DNA of 64,000 nucleotides from Escherichia coli (GTDB lineage Bacteria; Pseudomonadota; Gammaproteobacteria; Enterobacterales; Enterobacteriaceae): NCBI RefSeq assembly GCF_024298765.1, contig NZ_CP101210.1; one strand, 5' to 3'. Shown piece by piece: positions 57,360 to 64,000 of this stretch (position 1 is its first letter; each line of letters starts with the position of its first letter). The notes under the pieces were generated by a model. It saw only the letters and a program-made list of their open reading frames with translations, ran no database searches and was not told where the DNA came from. The position numbers and the translations under genes were made by a program.

Positions 57360-60300
57360 CGGCGTCTTCCCCGTATTCTTCCGCATCCTTCATACTCCTG
57401 CCGGTCAGGAACACCTGTCCCGGCAGGCGGAAGTTTTTCAGTTCCAGCAGCGCCATCGGCCCTTTGCCCTGTTCAACCCGCAGCAGGTAATTCAGCGGCA
57501 GGCCGTCCTGCGCTTTCCACTCCACTTTAAAGGTGCTGCTGTCCACCGGTGTCACCTGCGCCTGTTCCAGCAGACGAATAAGGCTCCAGCTTCCCCGGTA
57601 ATCCGCCAGTATTCGTTCCATTGCCTGAGTGCTGGTCCAGCTCAGCGATGCGCCGGGTTGCCACTGTTCATCCGGCCAGTTAAAACGCTGCCAGCGTTCT
57701 TTCTGGTTGAAATATTCCAGCTCCTGTCCGTCAATCACCAGATGCGTTTTCATCACGTCACGCGCCGGTTTTGCCCGCAGTTCAAAATGTATTCCGGCAT
57801 CGCCGCTGGCAAAGGCGGTATCGGCCACGTCGCGCAGGCGGTTCAGGGCGCGGATAAAGTCCGGGTTAACCGTCAGCCCCTGCGTGTTCATGGCGTCAGC
57901 CACCCAGTAGCGGCCTTCACGTTTCAGTACGCCGGAAAGGTTGGCGGCTATAAACTGGTTGATGCGCCCGTCATCGCGCAGATACTGCGCCAGCAGGGGA
58001 AGAGAGGCATCGTTTTGTGAGGCTTTGAACGGATAGCGACCGGCGAAGTCCTGATTCCAGTGGCTGACAATCGCCCGCTGCCACTGGCGGTTCAGGCTGT
58101 CCGCCGCAGGCGTCAGCACCTGCCGCCACGACTGTTCCACCGGGCGGACGAACAGCGCCTGACCGAAGCCACTCCATTCCTCGCCCAGACTGGCGGCGAT
58201 TAACCGTCCGTAGTCGCGGGTGTCGGTGAGGTCAACGGTTTTGCCCTGTAAAACCGTCTGCGCCAGTTGCTGGGTCATCTCCTGTGGGTCGGGGGCGTTG
58301 GTCACCTGTTGCAGTTTGAGACGCACACGGGTGACGCGGGTGAGGTAGGTCTGCAGGCTCAGTTGGCTGTCGCCGCCTCCGGCCTTATCGCCCAGCAACC
58401 GCAGCAGCGGAGCGAAGGTTTTATCCAGCGGCCCGACAGGCACGTCACCTTCACGGGATTGCTGCGGCGTTTTCTCCTTGCCGTTAAACAGTTCCTGTGC
58501 CGATTTCGCCAGCGAGTCTGACAGACCACGGTTTTCCCTGCCTGCCGCCGCCTGCCACGCGAGGGTGTCCGTCAGCGCAATCAGTGGCGACTGACGGGCA
58601 TCGGCCATCAGTGTCAACTGGTCGAGAATGCCGGAGAGCGAGTCTTCCTTTTTCCAGTGAATGCTGTTGAGAAACGCCAGCCAGCTTCCGGCAAAGTCGG
58701 TAAAGTAGCGTGAGGTGAGACGGTTACGCAGCGTATCCGGCGAGATATCCGCAGAGGTATCCTGCTGGCGGTCGCTGAGTACCCAGTCGATTTCCTCGCG
58801 CCGCGCCGTCACTACCTGCTCGATGGCTTCCCTGACCTGTCCTTCCCACGCCTGACGGGTGAACATCCCCGGCACCGTCTGTTCCGTGCTGAAAAGAGAT
58901 TCGGTGAGCGTATCCCCGGTCATATCCGCCAGCGTCATATCGGCGTAGTTGCGGGACACCTGTTGCAGCACGTTCTGGTAGAGGGTGTTTTCGGCATTGC
59001 GCACGCCAATCTGGCGCAGCAGGATTTTACGCACCGCGCCGGTCAGTTCCGGTGGCGGTGAGGTTTTCCACTGCGGGTGTTCCGGCAGGTTCGCCATCCA
59101 GAAGGTCAGCAGTGACGGCAACACGCTCTGCCGCACGCCTTCCGGGATATTTTCATAGCGCAGGCCGTCTGCCATCAGCGTGGTACTGAAAAAGGCAGCG
59201 TCGGCCTTTTCCGGGCGAGAAGTCATCAGCAATGCCTTAAGCTGCTTATAGCGTTGTTCACCGGTGGCGGTACGCTGAGGACTGTTGGGCGGCAGCGCGA
59301 CAAAGGCATTAAGTTGCTGTTGCAGATGGTCAACGGCCACGTCGCGCACCAGCCGGTTTGCCGCCTGCGCATAGCCGGGAAAAGCGGCAGCGAGCAGTTG
59401 CTGGTTACGTTCAGGGCCGAAGCGCTGATACCACGGCGCACCCTCCCGGATACGGTATTGCAGGCGCTCCAGTTCACCCTGTAAGGTATGCAGCGCTACC
59501 AGTTGCTCTGAAACCGGCAGACGGGTATCGAGCGCCCGTGCCGTCTGGATGCTGGTTTCCTGAATCAGGGCGCGGTTGGCGAAGAACGAGGTCGTCATTC
59601 CGGCCCCCCATATCGCCAGTACGCAGACAGCGGACATCAGCGTGATACGCAGCCACGGAAAGCCCACCGTGCGACCCCGCGCGTTATCGCCGGTCACGCC
59701 CGCCCAGACCGGTGACGGCAGCCACGCATGAGGTGCGGCTTCCGGTACGGCGGTAAGCGGCGGGCTGAACATCAGGCCACGCAGGCGCAGGGAGGAAAAT
59801 GCGCCGCCTGCCAGCAGCGGTTTCAGGATACTTTGCCAGTGAGCGATACCCCGCTCTGCAAGGGTATGGGCCAGACGCAGCAGGAAATCATGGCGGTTAT
59901 CGGTAAGCAGCTGCGACATGCCCTGTTCCGTCAGCGGCAGGGTTTGTGCTTCCAGCATTGCAGCCAGTTGTTCCGGGGTACAGCGTTCCGACAGCAGGCA
60001 GCCGACGCTTTGCAGGGGGCGTCCGGTCTGATAATCACCGTTGTCACAGACCTGCCACAAATAGAGTGGAGCCTGAAAACCGAGTCGCTTACCGCCGTTT
60101 ATCAGTTCGCGCCAGCCTTTGTCGAGTTGCGCCGTCTGGCGGCTCTGTTCTTCTGTCAGCGGCCAGATGATGCCGTCCAGCGGACGGCTGCGGCGCAGTT
60201 TTTTTAAGGCGGTCAGTAGCGCGACATCAGGCTCTGTAGATGGCCTGCCGCCATATATCAGCACCGTGTGGTCGCCCTCCAGCCAGTGTTGCCCGGTCAG

Positions 60301-60873
60301 CCCCGGCGCGATGGCCTCTGCCTGTTCAGGCTCGCCGGTCACCAGCAGCAGGCGGATTTTACGCCGCCAGAATGGGCCGTAGCGGTCGCGCAGGAAGGCG
60401 GCGAGTTCCACCATTGCCGGATGACGGCTGTCGGCTTTCTTTGTCGTCACCGCCCGATAGTCATCTCCGGCGGCAAGCTGTCTGTGGAGTTCAAAGCTCT
60501 GTACGGCAGCGTGGCGGTTCAGCAGATGATAAACCCCCATGATAATCAGAAAGACCACACCTGCGGCAATCACGCCAGCCATCCAGTACATTTGCTGTGA
60601 ACTACCCGGTTCAACGCCCAGCAATGCCGGTTTACGGTGAATAAACGTGCAAAGCGAAACCACAACAGCCACGGTCATGACGATGGCAGGCCCTGAAACA
60701 GAACGGGGCCGGAGACGGTTTAATCCCGGAACCACTATGATGCCTCCTGTGGGGAAACGAATGGCGACACCACGGTCGCCCATGAATAATGCCCGCCCTG
60801 AACGCCGCTGAGCGTCAGTTGGGGGTGTTGTGATTGTATTGCCGCCAGCGTTGCCGCAGCGACGGACAGCCAC
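57352..60873 (-). CDS. tssM: T6SS membrane-complex protein TssM (IcmF-like); real start probably internal, about 60680-60785
   Basis: 1173-aa ORF; N-terminal transmembrane helices, then large IcmF-like body; longest-ORF start overlaps the upstream gene by about 140 nt, so the true start is likely downstream. Confidence 0.8.
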   Translation of the reverse strand: MAVRRCGNAGGNTITTPPTDAQRRSGRALFMGDRGVAIRFPTGGIIVVPGLNRLRPRSVSGPAIVMTVAVVVSLCTFIHRKPALLGVEPGSSQQMYWMAGVIAAGVVFLIIMGVYHLLNRHAAVQSFELHRQLAAGDDYRAVTTKKADSRHPAMVELAAFLRDRYGPFWRRKIRLLLVTGEPEQAEAIAPGLTGQHWLEGDHTVLIYGGRPSTEPDVALLTALKKLRRSRPLDGIIWPLTEEQSRQTAQLDKGWRELINGGKRLGFQAPLYLWQVCDNGDYQTGRPLQSVGCLLSERCTPEQLAAMLEAQTLPLTEQGMSQLLTDNRHDFLLRLAHTLAERGIAHWQSILKPLLAGGAFSSLRLRGLMFSPPLTAVPEAAPHAWLPSPVWAGVTGDNARGRTVGFPWLRITLMSAVCVLAIWGAGMTTSFFANRALIQETSIQTARALDTRLPVSEQLVALHTLQGELERLQYRIREGAPWYQRFGPERNQQLLAAAFPGYAQAANRLVRDVAVDHLQQQLNAFVALPPNSPQRTATGEQRYKQLKALLMTSRPEKADAAFFSTTLMADGLRYENIPEGVRQSVLPSLLTFWMANLPEHPQWKTSPPPELTGAVRKILLRQIGVRNAENTLYQNVLQQVSRNYADMTLADMTGDTLTESLFSTEQTVPGMFTRQAWEGQVREAIEQVVTARREEIDWVLSDRQQDTSADISPDTLRNRLTSRYFTDFAGSWLAFLNSIHWKKEDSLSGILDQLTLMADARQSPLIALTDTLAWQAAAGRENRGLSDSLAKSAQELFNGKEKTPQQSREGDVPVGPLDKTFAPLLRLLGDKAGGGDSQLSLQTYLTRVTRVRLKLQQVTNAPDPQEMTQQLAQTVLQGKTVDLTDTRDYGRLIAASLGEEWSGFGQALFVRPVEQSWRQVLTPAADSLNRQWQRAIVSHWNQDFAGRYPFKASQNDASLPLLAQYLRDDGRINQFIAANLSGVLKREGRYWVADAMNTQGLTVNPDFIRALNRLRDVADTAFASGDAGIHFELRAKPARDVMKTHLVIDGQELEYFNQKERWQRFNWPDEQWQPGASLSWTSTQAMERILADYRGSWSLIRLLEQAQVTPVDSSTFKVEWKAQDGLPLNYLLRVEQGKGPMALLELKNFRLPGQVFLTGRSMKDAEEYGEDADE

Positions 60874-61949
60874 GGCGCTGCCGGTCCGGAGCGCCCCAGA
60901 AAGGCATCCAGCTCGTACATCAGGGCTTCCTGAATAAACGGCTGGTTAAGGCTTAACAACGCGGCACGCTGTTCCCTGTCCAGTTCGGCAGTCCATATGC
61001 CGGATATGGCATCTGGCTGCACTGGCATCCAGTCCAGCGCCTGTGCAATGCCTGACGCCATCATCTCTGTATCTGTGATACGTTCAGGACGATGCAGCAG
61101 GGCCAGCGGCGTCAGCGCGGTTTGCGTCAACCGATTTGCCAGCAACAGCGCGGTGGAGGATTCTGCCGTCCGTTCCGGAGTCTTCGGTTCAAGTCGTACG
61201 GAAATCACCAACAGTACGGCCTTTTCCTGAATAAAGTTGTCCAGCCAGTCGTCCACGGCGGCCAGCCCCAGCTCCGGGGCAGAAAACAGACGGGCTTCCG
61301 GGAGTCCGGCTTTTTGCCATTCGTCCTGCCAGATAGTTCTCACGGAGGCCCCTGAAAGCGGCGCATCAATTTCCAGTAGTACGTTGATATGAAAATCAGG
61401 GGGCAGCAGAAACAATTGCGGTCTGATATCAATAAAAAGGCGGGAAATAATTTCGGATAAACGCCCGGTAACCGGTTTATTGGTTAATACGGGAATGACA
61501 CTGCGACGCACAGTATCTTCTCCGCGCAAATCAGCGTAAGTATTCAACACCTGCTGACGCGCCAGAAATGCTGTTGTAGTTTCTGCAACGGAATCACCAT
61601 TCAGCGCGGTTTGTACGGAAAAACTGAGTATCTGCAACGCCCGTCGTCCCCGTCGCGTTTCCTGCAAAATCACCTCTTCCCGGCGCTTATTCCAGGCATC
61701 AGCCCGAATGTACTGCGTGATAAAAAACAGCCAGCGAACTGAAGCAACCAGCGACCAGATAAAGGCAGGCACACCACAGGCCAGTCCCCAGAAATGCGGG
61801 CCGTTTTTTGCCAGTTCATCGCTGGAGAATAATGAGGTTATTGCCACACCAACAGACAGCATCAGTAATAAGGCTGACAGCCATTTAATGCGGGCTGGCG
61901 GTGCGGGATAGGGTTCTGCGTCGGGAATGGTATTAAGTCGGATGGGCAT
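60735..61949 (-). CDS. Inner-membrane protein of unknown function (two N-terminal TM helices) just upstream of tssM
   Basis: 404-aa ORF; hydrophobic segments (WLSALLLMLSVGVAITSLF and WGLACGVPAFIWSLVASVRWLFFI); no motif I can assign; topology differs from C-terminally anchored TssL. Confidence 0.5.
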   Translation of the reverse strand: MPIRLNTIPDAEPYPAPPARIKWLSALLLMLSVGVAITSLFSSDELAKNGPHFWGLACGVPAFIWSLVASVRWLFFITQYIRADAWNKRREEVILQETRRGRRALQILSFSVQTALNGDSVAETTTAFLARQQVLNTYADLRGEDTVRRSVIPVLTNKPVTGRLSEIISRLFIDIRPQLFLLPPDFHINVLLEIDAPLSGASVRTIWQDEWQKAGLPEARLFSAPELGLAAVDDWLDNFIQEKAVLLVISVRLEPKTPERTAESSTALLLANRLTQTALTPLALLHRPERITDTEMMASGIAQALDWMPVQPDAISGIWTAELDREQRAALLSLNQPFIQEALMYELDAFLGRSGPAAPWLSVAAATLAAIQSQHPQLTLSGVQGGHYSWATVVSPFVSPQEAS

Positions 61950-62054
61950 TGTAATAATCCGTTATTCTGAAATATGAATACAATGAATCTCAAGGTGCTT
62001 GAACTATCTGATTAATTCACTTGTCCATAATGTTTTTGCTTTATTAACTGTGAT

Positions 62055-62339
62055 TTACCTCATCCCATCATATGGTAATAAAAAGAAATTATCGCATGCT
62101 TTTTTATTGCATCCCCAGTAAATCTCTTTATCATTGCTCATCCACATTGCTGTTGCAGCAGCATTGATAACAAAACTCCATTCTATTCCGTCATACATTA
62201 GTCTCCCTCTAATTTCACAAGGTAACCAATAATACATTCTGTTTATTTCGCCATAATCATCATGCTTTATACTTAGATTGAATATGTCTATAATATCTCT
62301 AGAATTAAGCACCCAATGATTACACGCAGTAATAAGCAC
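62055..62339 (-). CDS. Small hypothetical protein, possible immunity/partner of the upstream amidase-like protein
   Basis: 94-aa ORF in AT-rich DNA downstream of the VgrG-proximal cargo gene; no signal peptide seen. Confidence 0.35.
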   Translation of the reverse strand: MLITACNHWVLNSRDIIDIFNLSIKHDDYGEINRMYYWLPCEIRGRLMYDGIEWSFVINAAATAMWMSNDKEIYWGCNKKACDNFFLLPYDGMR

Positions 62340-62514
62340 CTTATCTGATTGATTGGTACCTATATATATTGGTTTATTAATGTTTATTATCTCTATTTTT
62401 TCTTCGGAGTAACTATTTGAACAAAAAAAAGAAATTAATTAACACTATAGAGATCAGCGCCTTCACCTTCTGTTTTATAACTAATTTTATCATGTTCATA
62501 AACATCCCTATCTT

Positions 62515-63168
62515 CTAACTCATAAATATTTTTATTATATCTACAAGTTTCTCAATTGATTTTTTTTGAGAGTCTGTAGCAGACTCCCATTTTTTATTTT
62601 TTTTATCATATAATGCAATAACCTCAATGCCAACACTGTCCATATTATATGGATATCTATAAGGATATTGTTTAATTTTTTCATGATCATGTATCTTCTT
62701 AGCATTCCATCCGAATGCCTCTATTTTCTTTTTTTCTTCAGACGACCATGTTTTTTCCTCCTTACATCGAGACTTTATCTTCCCCACATGGCTGGTATAT
62801 ACAAATAGGCTTGCAGCCTGGTATATATTACCATCTTTTTCAACAATAAAATGAGCTCCAATGCCTTTAGAAAAACTAGCAAGTGTACCATTTATTGTTG
62901 AAGAATCTGTTCTATGCAATATTATTGCATTAATTTTAGGCATGCGACCTTCTTCAAGTTCAGGGACTGTGTGTTTTATAATTCCAGCATTTCTTATATA
63001 CCCCTCATGATCAATAAATACAACTGATACAGTACATTTTTCGTCTTCTTTTTTCTCTTCACTAAGTAATGTCTTTGTACGAAAAATACAGTGCTTTTTA
63101 TGCTTGTCATAGATCAGCGGAGAAGGATTTTCTCTTTCCCCATTACTTAATATTACATTTTTGCTCAT
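62515..63168 (-). CDS. VgrG-proximal cargo protein, candidate T6SS effector with zinc-amidase-like motifs
   Basis: 217-aa ORF 33 bp downstream of the vgrG stop; motifs ILHRTDSS, AHFIVEKDGNIYQ, SHVGKIKSRC (H-x7-C), SVGIEV resemble Amidase_2/PGRP-type elements but in atypical order; very AT-rich. Confidence 0.45.
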   Translation of the reverse strand: MSKNVILSNGERENPSPLIYDKHKKHCIFRTKTLLSEEKKEDEKCTVSVVFIDHEGYIRNAGIIKHTVPELEEGRMPKINAIILHRTDSSTINGTLASFSKGIGAHFIVEKDGNIYQAASLFVYTSHVGKIKSRCKEEKTWSSEEKKKIEAFGWNAKKIHDHEKIKQYPYRYPYNMDSVGIEVIALYDKKNKKWESATDSQKKSIEKLVDIIKIFMS

Positions 63169-63200
63169 TTTTTTCTCTTTAATAATTAAGGGTGGTATTT

Positions 63201-64000
63201 TTAAACACCAAGTAAAATCTCAATTTCAATTTCTTCTTCTTTATCACTAAAAAATGTTTCGGTGCATCCCTCATCATCAGTGACACCTTCCTTTTTTGTT
63301 CCATCAATAAAATTGGCTATATACTTAACATTACGATATGGGATATTTTCGTCATCAAAAAATTTAAAACAGCGAGAATAGTCTCCACCCTCAATCACCG
63401 GAAACGCCATCAGCTCCGGCGTCAGCTTCGCCTTCGGCTTACGCCCATAATATCCCGCCTTAACGTTATATTCTCCCGGCGTTCCCGCTTCTATCCCACA
63501 GGCATCCAGCCGGATGTAGCTGCCACCGCCGTTAAGGGTGATCTTTTTCTTCGCCGTGATTTTAATTTCATCTTCGGTACTGGTAATGATGATTTCCTTC
63601 TTCGCCAACAGTTCCATCAAGTCGTTCTGCGCCTGCACCGAGATTGCGCCCTTATTGGCAAACAGCTTGATGCCCGCTTTACGCACAAACACGCTCAGCG
63701 CCTGTCCCACGCCGATAAACATATTTTTCACCACGCCGACATCGGCGTTGTTGCCTGCGTTGGCTATCACATTCTTTGCCGCCGCCAGTTGCAGGTGCTC
63801 GCCGCTGGCGATCGCCACGCCCTTGGGTGCGCTTAGCAGGATCGCAGCCTGGTTCAGATCTTTTACGCTCTGTTGCAACAACGCAATCTGCGATGACAGA
63901 TCTGCCGGATCGGCATTCGCCGTCTGCGCATCAGTGGACAGAGACTTCATCTGTGACTGTGCGCCATTCAGTATCGCCATTGCAGGAGCCATTTCGCGCA
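63201..64000 (-). CDS. vgrG: VgrG spike protein, C-terminal part (gene continues beyond the window end)
   Basis: Frame open to the window edge; C-terminal region rich in Gly/Ala/Asn repeats typical of the VgrG beta-helix/DUF2345 region. Confidence 0.7.
   Translation of the reverse strand, partial: REMAPAMAILNGAQSQMKSLSTDAQTANADPADLSSQIALLQQSVKDLNQAAILLSAPKGVAIASGEHLQLAAAKNVIANAGNNADVGVVKNMFIGVGQALSVFVRKAGIKLFANKGAISVQAQNDLMELLAKKEIIITSTEDEIKITAKKKITLNGGGSYIRLDACGIEAGTPGEYNVKAGYYGRKPKAKLTPELMAFPVIEGGDYSRCFKFFDDENIPYRNVKYIANFIDGTKKEGVTDDEGCTETFFSDKEEEIEIEILLGV

Noticed and set aside
60735-61949. Considered calling the 404-aa ORF TssL (DotU)
   Set aside because: Size (about twice typical TssL) and N-terminal rather than C-terminal membrane anchoring do not fit; left as unknown.
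62055-62339. Considered calling the 94-aa ORF a periplasmic immunity protein
   Set aside because: No signal peptide or lipobox and no extendable upstream frame; retained only as a low-confidence hypothetical partner.
42797-64000. Looked for CRISPR arrays, integrase/transposase genes or IS elements marking the island
   Set aside because: No regularly spaced short direct repeats and no recombinase-like ORF in the window; the island boundary on this side is only inferred from composition and gene content.

Overview
Enterobacterial (Escherichia coli-type) chromosome in two parts. Positions 1-42800 are conserved core genome in recognisable E. coli order: xdhA (5' part), ygeR, tRNA-Gly(CCC) glyU, yqeG, yqeF, kduI-kduD, araE, ygeA, lysR/lysA, galR, the OmrB/OmrA sRNA pair, aas-lplT, tas, ygdR, ygdQ, mutH, rppH-ptsP, lgt-thyA, ppdA-ppdB-ygdB-ppdC-recC, ptrA-recB-recD, argA and amiC. 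Gene names rest on my recognition of the translated proteins and synteny, not on a database search. The type III secretion island ETT2, which sits next to glyU in K-12, is absent here. From about 42800 to the window end the sequence is visibly AT-richer accessory DNA: (i) a BglG/LicT-type antiterminator with a RAT-like leader terminator, followed by a PTS EIICB, a MalY/PatB-like PLP C-S lyase, a short SIS-domain isomerase and a D-2-hydroxyacid dehydrogenase; (ii) part of a type VI secretion system on the minus strand (VgrG C-terminus, tssM, tssA, tssF, tssG, tssJ, tssE, a second ImpA_N protein) with two embedded AT-rich cargo modules. The modules are a PAAR-domain protein with an HExxH C-terminus plus an overlapping lipoprotein, and a VgrG-proximal amidase-like protein plus a small ORF. 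These cargo modules, a 404-aa membrane protein of unknown function beside tssM, and the sugar operon are the best candidates for something undescribed. Sheath, Hcp, TssK/L and ClpV genes are not in the window and presumably lie beyond 64000.
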